Origin: a virus
Taxonomy: Duplodnaviria; Caudoviricetes
Direction: 5' to 3' (one strand)
Virus record (IMG/VR): IMGVR_UViG_3300025018_000275
Location: 1 to 39,569 of that record
Length of the DNA: 39,569 nt
Shown: in pieces, positions 14,997 to 23,998 of the stretch
How positions within the stretch are numbered: position 1 is the stretch's first letter
Layout: each line of letters starts with the position of its first letter
Program-made: the position numbers and the translations under genes
Notes under the pieces: model-generated
Told to the model about the DNA's origin: nothing
What the model saw: only the letters and a program-made list of their open reading frames with translations
The model's database searches: none

Positions 14997-16442
14997 ATGT
15001 TCGACACACGATCCCTCGGGGCGGCATCGTTCCAGAAGAAGTCTTACAGTGGCATCACTCCAGTCGATCTTTCGTTTGCTGATTTCCTGATCCAGGGCGG
15101 CAACTTCGATCTGGCCGCCTACGAGGCGATCCGGCTATACATGTCGGTGATGCCATTCTTCAACGCCGTCGACCTGCGCGCGCGCCTGTTCGCACAGGTG
15201 CCGATTCGCGTCTGGGACAAAAAGGCCGAGAAGTGGATTGATGATCACGACAGCGCCGAGCTGTTGGCCATGCCGAATGCGGACAAGACCCAGAACGAGT
15301 TTCTGACCGCACTGGCGTCGTTCTACGATATCACCGGCAACAGCTACATCGTCGCCACCGGCCGCCCGGACATGCCGCCGCTCGAACTGGCGGCCATTTC
15401 CCCGCAGCGTATTTCCTTTGGCTCAGGTCAGCGGTTCGGGTTTCTCAATGTCCCGGACGTCATCTGGGTGAATACGCTTGGCAGTGGCGGCCTCGGCCGG
15501 CTGGTGTTTCGTGCCCAGGAGACACGCAACGGCATCGTGCACCGGGCAACGGCTGCCGGCGCCGGCGAGGACGAGCTGCAACTGTGGCACGTCCGCCAGT
15601 TCAATCCGCTGCAGTCAACAGCGCGCTTTACCGGTATGTCACGAGCCAGCCCGATCTATCTCGAGCTGCAGCAGTATGCGTCCGGCAACACCAGCAACCT
15701 GTCGAACCTCAAGCGCGGCACTCGGATTTCCATGGCCTGGGTGAACAACCGCGCCGAGGAGCTGACCGAGGCTCAGTGGGAGCGCATGCAGGAGGAGGCC
15801 CAGAAATACGCCGGCGACGCCAATACCGGCGGCACCCCGATCCTCGACGGCATGGACGTGAAGGAAATCGGCACGAAGAATCGCGACATGCAGTTCAAGG
15901 AGCTGCAGGAGGCGGTGCTGTCGCGTATCTCGATCCAGTACGGCGTCCCGCTGGCGCTGATGCTCAGCCAGTCGATGACGCTCAACAACCTGGAGACCAG
16001 CTATCTGCAGCTGTACGACGGCGCCGTCATTCCGCTGATCAACGTGCTGTATCCGGAACTGACGCGGTTCCTGATGCCCCGGTACAAGGGCAGCGAGAAC
16101 CTCGAGTTCCGATTCAACCCGCACGACATCGAGGCGCTGAAGGTTCGCAGCACCGAGAACGCGAAGCGGGAAAAGGACATCGGCGCGACCTCGATCGACG
16201 AGCTGCGCGCCGAGCTCGGGCGTGATCCCATCGACGGTGGCGACGTTGTCCTGCATCCGGCGTCCAATGTGCCGCTCGGCACCTCGTTGTTTGATTCATC
16301 TTCCGACTCGGACGAGGAGGCGGCCAAATCCCGGTTCGTTGCCATCCTCGCTGGCGTCAAGGACGAGGCGGGCAACCGCAAGTACTCGGACGATGAGATT
16401 CAGCAAATCGCCGAACGCAACGGGCTGGCGGCCGTAAAATGA
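14997..16442 (+). CDS. Portal protein (HK97-like)
   Basis: PN...T..EF, GNSY, H...FNP...G.S, G.P.IL.G, DMQF.E, YGVP, E.RAELG.DP..GGD. Position after terminase. Confidence 0.9.
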   Translation: MFDTRSLGAASFQKKSYSGITPVDLSFADFLIQGGNFDLAAYEAIRLYMSVMPFFNAVDLRARLFAQVPIRVWDKKAEKWIDDHDSAELLAMPNADKTQNEFLTALASFYDITGNSYIVATGRPDMPPLELAAISPQRISFGSGQRFGFLNVPDVIWVNTLGSGGLGRLVFRAQETRNGIVHRATAAGAGEDELQLWHVRQFNPLQSTARFTGMSRASPIYLELQQYASGNTSNLSNLKRGTRISMAWVNNRAEELTEAQWERMQEEAQKYAGDANTGGTPILDGMDVKEIGTKNRDMQFKELQEAVLSRISIQYGVPLALMLSQSMTLNNLETSYLQLYDGAVIPLINVLYPELTRFLMPRYKGSENLEFRFNPHDIEALKVRSTENAKREKDIGATSIDELRAELGRDPIDGGDVVLHPASNVPLGTSLFDSSSDSDEEAAKSRFVAILAGVKDEAGNRKYSDDEIQQIAERNGLAAVK

Positions 16443-16624
16443 CGCAGAACAACCAGTTCGGGCTGTACATTCCAAAGCGCGGCATCTGGCTGACCGACAA
16501 GCATTTCGTCAGGCGCACCGGATCGCGTCAGGAAATGGAGTTTCTGCGCCGCGCGATGGAGAAAAACAACGCCGGACTTGCCTATGAAGTTCGGCCAATT
16601 TCCGGCAGCATGGAGACCAAATGA
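16439..16624 (+). CDS. Small hypothetical protein
   Basis: ATGA overlaps on both sides. Confidence 0.55.
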   Translation: MTQNNQFGLYIPKRGIWLTDKHFVRRTGSRQEMEFLRRAMEKNNAGLAYEVRPISGSMETK

Positions 16625-16812
16625 GCGCACCGACCGGATGGGTAGTTGCCGATTGCAGCAACCCGACAAAGTACCTTGCGGCGGACGGCGATGACCTGGT
16701 CTGGTCAGAGGACATCGACACCGCCATTTTTGCTGCCCGCGAAGTGGACGCGGCGCGGCTGGCCGAGATACTGGGAGGCGATTGCGAGTATCTCGAACTG
16801 GAGCTGTACTGA
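16621..16812 (+). CDS. Small acidic hypothetical protein
   Basis: GGAG RBS. Overlaps on both sides. Confidence 0.55.
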   Translation: MSAPTGWVVADCSNPTKYLAADGDDLVWSEDIDTAIFAAREVDAARLAEILGGDCEYLELELY

Positions 16813-17756
16813 TGGCCCTGAACGACTCAGCTGCCGAGCGTGCCAGGACAGCCGCAAACGATCTTGCGAAAAAACTGCTGCTCGAGGCCCGCGCCGACCG
16901 CGAGTTCCGCGAGCTGTTCCGGACCATTGCCGCCGACCTTGCCGCAACGGTCGAGGAAACCGGATCACCGCCCCGGGCCGATGAATACGATGACGACATC
17001 CGCGGCCTGCTGATGCGCCAGAACCGGCGCGTGTCGGCGGCCTTCACCGGACAGCTGGTCGCGTACCTGGAAGAGCACGTCGATGACGAGGACGATCACA
17101 CGGCCGTCGGACTGGCCCTGATCGCCGCCGCGCTTGGCGTGACGCCGACAGACCTCATTGCCGGCATCCGGTCGCGCACGCGCACGGCCATCGCCGCGTT
17201 CAACCGCGACCAGGCAAACGCCGATGCGGCGCTTATTTCCCGCACCAACCAGTCCGAGATCGATTACCTGGTTGCGCGTGCCCGGGAGGACGCGCCGGAT
17301 GCCACCGCCCGCCAGATCGGCCGTCGCGCCGGCAAGGAGTTCGCGCAACGCGGGGCCGGCCGGGCGGCGACCATCGCGGCCACGACCACGCAAAAGGCCG
17401 CCGAGAGCGCCAAGGACATCGAGCGGCAGCAGTTCTTCCAGGTGCGTAACGGGCTCAACGCGATTGTCAGCGATGTGCCACAGCAGGCCGAGGTCGAGGT
17501 CTGGGAAACCATCGGTGACTCGGTGGTGCGCGAGGCGCACGTTGCGGCCGACGAAACGCGCAAGGTCGATGGCTTTTTCACCGTCGGCGGCGAGCAGCTG
17601 CGCTACCCGGGCGACCCGCTCGGTTCTCCGGCCAATGTGATCAACTGCCGGTGTTCGGCCGTGCTGGTGTTCGGTAAACGCGCCGACGAGGCGTTCGTGC
17701 CGGAGCAAATCGCTGTCGAGCCGGACGACGAAAACACACCGGCCGCCTTCGTCTAG
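16812..17756 (+). CDS. Head morphogenesis protein (Mu gpF / SPP1 gp7-like)
   Basis: W.TIGD..VR.AH...F.VGGE.LRYPGDP.GS..NVINCRC. Confidence 0.88.
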   Translation: MALNDSAAERARTAANDLAKKLLLEARADREFRELFRTIAADLAATVEETGSPPRADEYDDDIRGLLMRQNRRVSAAFTGQLVAYLEEHVDDEDDHTAVGLALIAAALGVTPTDLIAGIRSRTRTAIAAFNRDQANADAALISRTNQSEIDYLVARAREDAPDATARQIGRRAGKEFAQRGAGRAATIAATTTQKAAESAKDIERQQFFQVRNGLNAIVSDVPQQAEVEVWETIGDSVVREAHVAADETRKVDGFFTVGGEQLRYPGDPLGSPANVINCRCSAVLVFGKRADEAFVPEQIAVEPDDENTPAAFV

Positions 17757-17757
17757 T

Positions 17758-17786
17758 TTGCAAAAACCAAGGCCCGGCCGGATAAT
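17758..17786 (+). promoter_or_regulatory. sigma70-like promoter upstream of protease/capsid genes
   Basis: TTGCAA, 17 bp, GATAAT in the intergenic gap. Confidence 0.5.
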
Positions 17787-17823
17787 CGCGACCAGCAAGG
17801 TATTGCAACGCCCGGGGACCGCG

Positions 17824-18669
17824 ATGCGCCAATCCCTCGAACACAAACGCAACGACGCCCAAATCAAGCATCTGAGCGTCGCGTTCGAGATCAAAAAAAT
17901 CACCGAGAATGACGCGGATTTTTTTGTGTTCGAGGGCCTTGCCAGCACGTTCGAGATGGACCAGGGCAAGGACATCGTCATGCCCGGGGCTTTCAAGAAG
18001 TCGCTGAAGGCCCGCACGCCGGTGCTGCTGTGGCAGCATTCGAGATACGAGCCGATCGGCATGCCGGTGGAAATCCGCGAGACCGCAGACGGGCTGTACC
18101 TGAAAGGCAAGCTGCCGCGCGAGGACACGTTCGTCAGCGGCCGGGTGATCCCGCAGATGAAGATCGGCAGCATCAAATCGATGTCGATCGGCTTTTACAC
18201 CAAGGTGTCCGAGTACGATAACGAGACCGAAATCCGCAAGCTGATCGAGATCGATCTGCGCGAGGTGTCTCTGGTGACGTTCCCGATGAACGAGGGCGCA
18301 CTGATTTCCGATTTCAAGGCGGCGCGTGATCTTCCCGCGCTGCTCGATGCTCTGAACCTGAAATCCGACGCGAGAGAGAGTCTCGAATCGAGTATCAGGC
18401 GTGTGACGTCGCCGGGGTATACCGTCGACGCAGTCAAGGCGATGACGCGCCGCGATCTTGAGCGAAGCCTGCGAGATGCAGGTTTTTGCTCAAACGATGC
18501 GGCCAAAATGATCGCCGGTCAGTTTGAGCAGCGGAGCGAGTCCGCCGGCGACGACGACGACGAACAAATCAAGGCGGCGCTCGGCGAAATTGCCGGCATG
18601 CTCGAAAGTTTCGAGCGCGACGCTCTTCTTCGGTCAATCTCACGACAGGTGGAAAACCATGGACCTTAA
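17824..18669 (+). CDS. HK97-family prohead protease
   Basis: D.V.PGAF.KSL, LLWQH...PIG, SMSIGF, L.EVSLV.FP.N. The exact start is uncertain. Confidence 0.92.
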   Translation: MRQSLEHKRNDAQIKHLSVAFEIKKITENDADFFVFEGLASTFEMDQGKDIVMPGAFKKSLKARTPVLLWQHSRYEPIGMPVEIRETADGLYLKGKLPREDTFVSGRVIPQMKIGSIKSMSIGFYTKVSEYDNETEIRKLIEIDLREVSLVTFPMNEGALISDFKAARDLPALLDALNLKSDARESLESSIRRVTSPGYTVDAVKAMTRRDLERSLRDAGFCSNDAAKMIAGQFEQRSESAGDDDDEQIKAALGEIAGMLESFERDALLRSISRQVENHGP

Positions 18670-19984
18670 CGAAATCAAAGCCATCAACACCAAGATGGAA
18701 CAGGTGCTCAAGGGCGTTTCTGAAATTCAGAAAACCGCTGACGAGGCGGTGCAGAAATGCGGCACCATCGACACCGAGACCAAGGCGGCGCTGGAGAAGA
18801 TGCAGGCCGATGCTTCCACAACGGCCGGCGAGCTGCAGGAACTCAAGCAGAAAGCCACCGCTGCCGAGAAGACCGGCGAGTACATCGAAAAGATGCTCTC
18901 GCGCATGCCTGGCGCCGCCGGTGCCGAGCAGAGCGAAATCGAGCAGCAGGCCAAGGAAGAGACGACGCGGTATCTGCGCACCGGCCGCCTGATGTCCGAC
19001 AAGACCGTCGAGGCGGTGGTCACGGCGATGGTCGGCAAGTCCATGCACGGGCTGTCCGAGGACGATCGCGCCAGCGAGATCAAGTCGCTGATTGCAGGCT
19101 CTGGTCCGGACGGCGGTTACTTCATCCGCCCCGAGCGCAGTGCGACGATGATCGGCCGCATTTTCGAGACCAGCCCGATGCGCTCGGTCGCGGCGATTGA
19201 CACGACCAGCACCAGCGCGATCGAGTACGTCATCGACGATGACGAGTCGACGTCCGGCGGCTGGACGGGTGAAACCGATGCCCGCTCCGATACCGCCACG
19301 CCGAAGGTCGGATTGCTGACGATCCCGGCGCACGAGCAGTATGCGCAGCCCAAGGCCACGCAAAAGATGCTCGACGACGCCGGTTTCGACATCGAGGCCT
19401 GGCTGGCCCGCAAGACGGCCGACAAGCTGTCGCGCACCGAGAACACGGCGTTCGTGGTCGGCGACGGCAGCCAGAAGCCGCGCGGGTTCCTGAACCTTCC
19501 CGCCTGGGCGGCAGCCGGCGTCTACGAGCGATTCAAACTCGAACAGATCAACAGCGGCGCCGCCGCGGCCCTGACCGGCGACGGTCTGAAAAAGCTGCAG
19601 AACGCGGTCAAGGAGGCGTACCAGAACGGCTCGATCTGGGCAATGAAGCGCGGCACCTGGGGCGCGGTCATCCTGCTCAAGGACGGCGCCGGCAACTACC
19701 TGCTGCCGCCGAACTCGCTGACGGGCCTCAAGGAAAAGGACGACCTGGTCCTGCTGTCGCGCCCGGTGCGGTTCTTCGACGACATGCCGGTCGTCCAGGC
19801 GAACTCGCTGTCGGTCGCCTACGGTAACTTCGGTGTCGGCTACACGATCGTCGATCGCATCGGTTTCCGGGTGATCCGCGACAACGTGACGCAGAAGCCG
19901 TACATCAAGTTCTACACGACCAAGCGCACCGGCGGCGACGTCACCAACTACGAGGCCATCAAGATCCAGAAAACCGCGTCCTGA
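18659..19984 (+). CDS. Major capsid protein, HK97 fold with N-terminal delta domain
   Basis: Coiled-coil N-terminus, G.DGGY, SPMR..A, TQKMLDDAGFDIEAWL, E..AF..GDG..KPRG, KR.GGDV...EAIK. Confidence 0.95.
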   Translation: MDLNEIKAINTKMEQVLKGVSEIQKTADEAVQKCGTIDTETKAALEKMQADASTTAGELQELKQKATAAEKTGEYIEKMLSRMPGAAGAEQSEIEQQAKEETTRYLRTGRLMSDKTVEAVVTAMVGKSMHGLSEDDRASEIKSLIAGSGPDGGYFIRPERSATMIGRIFETSPMRSVAAIDTTSTSAIEYVIDDDESTSGGWTGETDARSDTATPKVGLLTIPAHEQYAQPKATQKMLDDAGFDIEAWLARKTADKLSRTENTAFVVGDGSQKPRGFLNLPAWAAAGVYERFKLEQINSGAAAALTGDGLKKLQNAVKEAYQNGSIWAMKRGTWGAVILLKDGAGNYLLPPNSLTGLKEKDDLVLLSRPVRFFDDMPVVQANSLSVAYGNFGVGYTIVDRIGFRVIRDNVTQKPYIKFYTTKRTGGDVTNYEAIKIQKTAS

Positions 19985-20040
19985 TCGGCGCGGCGTTTCT
20001 GAGTCGAAGATCAATCGAACAATCTCGCGGAGATAACATC

Positions 20041-20448
20041 ATGGCGATACGAGACCTGAAAAACCGTGTGCTGCAGAAAATTGCAGACTTCACGGCCATC
20101 AGCGGCAACGGCACGACCGTTGGCGCAATCATCGACACGGCGAACTTCGACAACGGCTACATGGTCGGCGTCGCGGTCCCGGTCTGGACGGACGGCACCT
20201 ACACGCTGCTGATCGAGGAATCTGACGATTCTGGCATGTCGGGAGCCGTAGCCGTAACAGGCGACAAGCTGCTCGGCGACCTTCCGGCGGTCGGTGCGGC
20301 GAATGCGGACGGCAGTACGATCGCAACGGTCGGGTGTATCGGCACCAAGCGATACGTCCGCACCAGCATCGTTGCTTCTGGCGTGAGCGTCGGTGCCACG
20401 GTGGCAACGATCGTCACGATGGGCGCCGAGCAGGAACCGGCTGCCTGA
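20041..20448 (+). CDS. Putative capsid-associated/decoration protein
   Basis: GGAG RBS. G..IDTA.F...EESDD...G.KRYVR pattern typical of genes directly after HK97 capsids. Confidence 0.7.
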   Translation: MAIRDLKNRVLQKIADFTAISGNGTTVGAIIDTANFDNGYMVGVAVPVWTDGTYTLLIEESDDSGMSGAVAVTGDKLLGDLPAVGAANADGSTIATVGCIGTKRYVRTSIVASGVSVGATVATIVTMGAEQEPAA

Positions 20449-20492
20449 TCTTCCCCGTATAACCACTGAAGCTGAAACTGACAGCTGAGAAA

Positions 20493-20528
20493 CCCGGGGA
20501 GTCGATGTGACGACATTGGCTCCCCGGG
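20493..20528. other. Long intergenic hairpin (16-bp stem)
   Basis: CCCGGGGAGTCGATGT-gacg-ACATTGGCTCCCCGGG with two G-U wobble pairs. No + strand U-tract. Confidence 0.6.
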
Positions 20529-20548
20529 CAATGAAGGGAGAACGATCA

Positions 20549-21070
20549 ATGAAAATCATCGCCTGCAAAACCGAGTGGTTCGCCGACTCCAACCCGGCGC
20601 TGCCGAGCCACGCGCTGGTCGAAGGCCAGGTCTTCGACGTCTCGGATGCGACCGGCGAGGCGATCTGCCAGGCCGGTTACGGCGAGCCGTGCGAGGACGA
20701 GGTCGCCGTCGAAGGCGAGCCCGCACTGCTCGAGGACATGCCAGAAGCCGCCCTGCTGGTGACCATTCCGGACGTTTCTGACCTTGACGCCCTGCAGGAG
20801 CTCTACCTGTCCGAGGACAGCCGGGAAGGCGACGACCGGCGCGAGGACGTCATTGCCGCACTAGATCTGCGCATTGCCGAGATTTCGGCAGAGATTCTGA
20901 TGGGCGAATATCCGAAGGCCGCGGACCTGTGTGTGGCGATCGCCGAATCGTCGGACCCGCAGATGATCATGGCGCTGCACACGCTCGAATCAGCCGATAC
21001 CGGCGGCAACCGCAAGACGGTGCTGGCCGCCATCGATGCCAGGATGACCGCCTTCTCCGACGAGGAGTAG
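20549..21070 (+). CDS. Acidic protein with two internal helical repeats
   Basis: GGGAG RBS. Repeats EDSREGDDRREDVIAALDLRI and ESADTGGNRKTVLAAIDARM. Confidence 0.65.
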   Translation: MKIIACKTEWFADSNPALPSHALVEGQVFDVSDATGEAICQAGYGEPCEDEVAVEGEPALLEDMPEAALLVTIPDVSDLDALQELYLSEDSREGDDRREDVIAALDLRIAEISAEILMGEYPKAADLCVAIAESSDPQMIMALHTLESADTGGNRKTVLAAIDARMTAFSDEE

Positions 21071-21082
21071 AGCGCAACCAGC

Positions 21083-21724
21083 ATGCGCCTCGCTCCAGCC
21101 GATCATCGGGCCTACACCTACCGGGTGACGACGGGCCCGGTCAATCCTGCCATCGACAAGTCCGACCTGGTCCTGGCATTGAAGCTGCCGGCGGCAGCGG
21201 CCGCCGCAGACGACGCCTACCTTGACCTGGTCATTGCCGCGGCCACCGGCTATGCCGAGCGGTTCACGCGCCGGGACTTCATCACACGAACTTACAAGAC
21301 GTTTCGTGACGGGTTTCCGACCGTTGCCAGCGGCGAGGGGTATTACATCGCCGCCGGCATCGAAATCCGCCGATCTCGCCTGCTCAGCGTCGTTTCGATC
21401 AAATACTGGATCGATGACGTCCTGACCACGCTGGCCTCGTCCGTCTACTACGCCACCGACGAGAACGACTACAGCGAGATTCACCTGGCCGCCGGGCAAA
21501 GCTGGCCGTCGACCGACAACCGTCTGCAGGCGGTCGAGATCGAGTTCACGGCAGGATTCGGCCCGGACACGGTCAACGTTCCAGTCGATCTGCAGCTGTC
21601 CATCCTGCAGCTGGCGCAAGCCATGTATGTGAATCGCGGCGACTGCTCGGACGATGCGTGCGCCAAGGCGATGCCGTCGTCGGTGCGGTCGGTGTTGCAG
21701 CAGTACCGGATCGAGAACCTGTAG
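21083..21724 (+). CDS. Head-tail connector (HK97 gp6 / SPP1 gp15-like)
   Basis: DD.YL..VI.AA..YAE.FT.R.FI, V.SIKY, AV.IEF.AG.G, VP.DL..IL.L...Y.NRGD. Confidence 0.85.
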   Translation: MRLAPADHRAYTYRVTTGPVNPAIDKSDLVLALKLPAAAAAADDAYLDLVIAAATGYAERFTRRDFITRTYKTFRDGFPTVASGEGYYIAAGIEIRRSRLLSVVSIKYWIDDVLTTLASSVYYATDENDYSEIHLAAGQSWPSTDNRLQAVEIEFTAGFGPDTVNVPVDLQLSILQLAQAMYVNRGDCSDDACAKAMPSSVRSVLQQYRIENL

Positions 21725-21734
21725 AATCGAGCGC

Positions 21735-22121
21735 ATGCCCAGGTGCGTGAACATCAAGAAAAAGGCCCGCCGCGTTTGCGTTGGCGACATGGTGGACCTG
21801 ATCACCCTGCAGAACCGCCAGCTGCAGACCAACCTGTCCGATGTTGACCTCGACGAGGCGTTCTCCACGCATGAGGTCGTCTGGTCGATGGTCGAGACGA
21901 TCTCCGGCGAGACCATTTTCGACGGCGTCGGCATCGAGCGCGACGTCACCCACCGGGTTTACATCTACCACGACGCCGCCGTGACCGAGGAAACATGGAT
22001 CCTGTTCGGCACCGAGCGGCTGGACATCATCACGGTTGAAAACCTCGACGAGCGCGGACAGTTCATGCTCTTGCGGTGCACGAACCGCGGCAGCAGCGCG
22101 CTCGCCGCAGGGGATGCCTGA
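21735..22121 (+). CDS. Head closure / head-tail adaptor
   Basis: GD....ITLQ...VW..VET.SG...THR.YI...I..VENLDER. Synteny. Confidence 0.75.
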   Translation: MPRCVNIKKKARRVCVGDMVDLITLQNRQLQTNLSDVDLDEAFSTHEVVWSMVETISGETIFDGVGIERDVTHRVYIYHDAAVTEETWILFGTERLDIITVENLDERGQFMLLRCTNRGSSALAAGDA

Positions 22122-22123
22122 CC

Positions 22124-22609
22124 ATGCGAGTCGTGGCCGACAACCACAACCGCCGCGTGATGCTGGTGCTGCGCGATCAGCAAAACGCGACGCGCCGGGG
22201 TATCCGGCAGGGGTTTTTCCGCCTCGGAAAAGACCTGGTCAAGGACGCCAGGCAACTGATCATCAAGGGCCCAAAGACCGGCCGCCTGTACCGCCTGCCG
22301 GGCCGAAAGAAGCGCCACCGGGCATCGGCCCCGGGTGAGCCGCCGGCGAACCGTACAGGGGCCCTGCAGCGGTCCATCGATTTCCAGATCCACGGGGCCG
22401 ACTCCATGGAGTTCGGGTCGAACCCGAACGCCAATCTGCTGGCGCGGGCAGCGGCCCCGGCCGGCGCCTCGATCAGCGTCTACCCGGCGGCGCTCGAGTT
22501 CGGCACCGGGCGCATGGCGCCGCGGCCCTATCTCCGGCCCACAATCGAGAAAAACAACCGGCGCGCGCGGGCGCATTTCGAAGCCGAGATTCGGCGGGCG
22601 CTGCAGTGA
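22124..22609 (+). CDS. HK97 gp10-like neck/tail component
   Basis: TGRLY...HRASAPGEPPANRTG.L..SI and Y..ALEFGT..MAPRPYL. Confidence 0.85.
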   Translation: MRVVADNHNRRVMLVLRDQQNATRRGIRQGFFRLGKDLVKDARQLIIKGPKTGRLYRLPGRKKRHRASAPGEPPANRTGALQRSIDFQIHGADSMEFGSNPNANLLARAAAPAGASISVYPAALEFGTGRMAPRPYLRPTIEKNNRRARAHFEAEIRRALQ

Positions 22610-23709
22610 AGATCGCCGACGTCATCGCGCAGCTGCGGGCCGTGGTGCCGCAGCACACGTCGCTGTTCACCGATGCCGCGCCGGCCGTGCTGACATTCGT
22701 GGCCGACGTGCCGGGCCCGGGCGGGCTGGTCACCGGCGACACGAGCCCGGATCCGCACAACCTTTCGCCGGGGCAGGTCGTGACGATCTCCGCGGCCCGC
22801 AATCCGTATGCGGTCGGCTCACTGACGTTTGATTCTGCCACTGGCCTGGTCACCGGCGTGACGACCAACGACCATGATCTGACCGAGGGCTGGCAGAGCG
22901 AGATCGAGATCGTCGGCGCGGATCAGGCCGAGTACAACGGCACCTGGCCGCTGGTGTCGACCGACAACCGCCGGACGTTCGTTTACGGGCCGATTGCAGG
23001 ATCCCCGGCCGCTGCTACCGGGACCATCAAGATGGTCGATCCGCTCGGCACGTCGTTCATCGGATCGTTCCAGGTCAACACGACGCCGACCGCGACCACG
23101 TTCACCTACCAGATCGCCTCGAACCCGGAGTCGGCCGGCGGCGTGAACGCCGTCCTTCACCTGGCACCGCGCATCAGCGGGGCCATCACCGAAGACCGGC
23201 TCGCCGAGGCGTACACCAAGCGCGACACCGACGAGTACTTTGCGTTCGTCGTCATGGGTGATGTGACCACCAGCAGGGACCGCGCGATCGAGACCGACGC
23301 GAACCAGCAGATTGCCGATGACACACACAAGCGCCTGCGGCAGATCGAGCCGTTTTCCGTGTACGTTTTCGCCAGGACATCGCAGGAAATGAGCGCGCGT
23401 GCAGTGCGAGATTCGATGGACGATGTAAAGCAGGCGCTGCTCAAGGCACTGTTCGGGGTCAAGCTGCCGACCGTTTTCTCGGATTCGGTATGGTGTACAA
23501 TCTCGCCGACAGGAGATGGCTTCGCCGCCTACAACTCAGCGGTCTACGTGCACCGATTTGATTTTGAGCGTTCCATCGACCTGGTCGAGGCTGATGCTGT
23601 TGAACCCGGATTTACCCGCGCATGGCGTGACACCAACATCCAGCAGCTGAACGACTTCGACGAGACGATCATGGAGACGGATATCAACATGGACAGGGTT
23701 GCGCTGTGA
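22606..23709 (+). CDS. Putative tail terminator/completion protein with inserted beta-barrel modules
   Basis: Synteny before the sheath gene. Insert with H.L..G..V.I.GA...YNG...TF.Y motifs. Confidence 0.6.
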   Translation: MKIADVIAQLRAVVPQHTSLFTDAAPAVLTFVADVPGPGGLVTGDTSPDPHNLSPGQVVTISAARNPYAVGSLTFDSATGLVTGVTTNDHDLTEGWQSEIEIVGADQAEYNGTWPLVSTDNRRTFVYGPIAGSPAAATGTIKMVDPLGTSFIGSFQVNTTPTATTFTYQIASNPESAGGVNAVLHLAPRISGAITEDRLAEAYTKRDTDEYFAFVVMGDVTTSRDRAIETDANQQIADDTHKRLRQIEPFSVYVFARTSQEMSARAVRDSMDDVKQALLKALFGVKLPTVFSDSVWCTISPTGDGFAAYNSAVYVHRFDFERSIDLVEADAVEPGFTRAWRDTNIQQLNDFDETIMETDINMDRVAL

Positions 23710-23975
23710 TCTTCATCCGGGTTAACAAATCCCTCGGCCAGTACGAGGCCGGATCTGTGGTGCGTATCGAGGCGCTGCCAAACGGCCAGCCAAAATCGTC
23801 TTACTGGCGCCGCCGCCTCAAAGACGCTCAGATCGACAGCTGCTGCGAAATCTGCTCCGACCCTCGCGCACGACAGGAGTCGCCGCCGCCAACGCAGGGC
23901 CGCAAGAAAACCACCAAAAAAGAACAGGTCGTCGAGAAACCAACGGCTGGCGTCGACAAGAAGCCGTCAACGTAA
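23706..23975 (+). CDS. Small pre-sheath protein (DUF2635-like)
   Basis: YWRRRLKD motif immediately upstream of a Mu-like sheath gene. Confidence 0.65.
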   Translation: MIFIRVNKSLGQYEAGSVVRIEALPNGQPKSSYWRRRLKDAQIDSCCEICSDPRARQESPPPTQGRKKTTKKEQVVEKPTAGVDKKPST

Positions 23976-23998
23976 TCCATTACTGAGGATCGAAGATC

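Noticed and set aside
18569-20014. Long - strand ORFs opposite real genes (also 1532-2602, 11881-13053, 13273-14397, 16965-18176, 24373-25341, 26293-27549)
   Set aside because: Shadow ORFs expected from high-GC codon bias. They have no recognisable motifs and lie fully antisense to well-supported genes.
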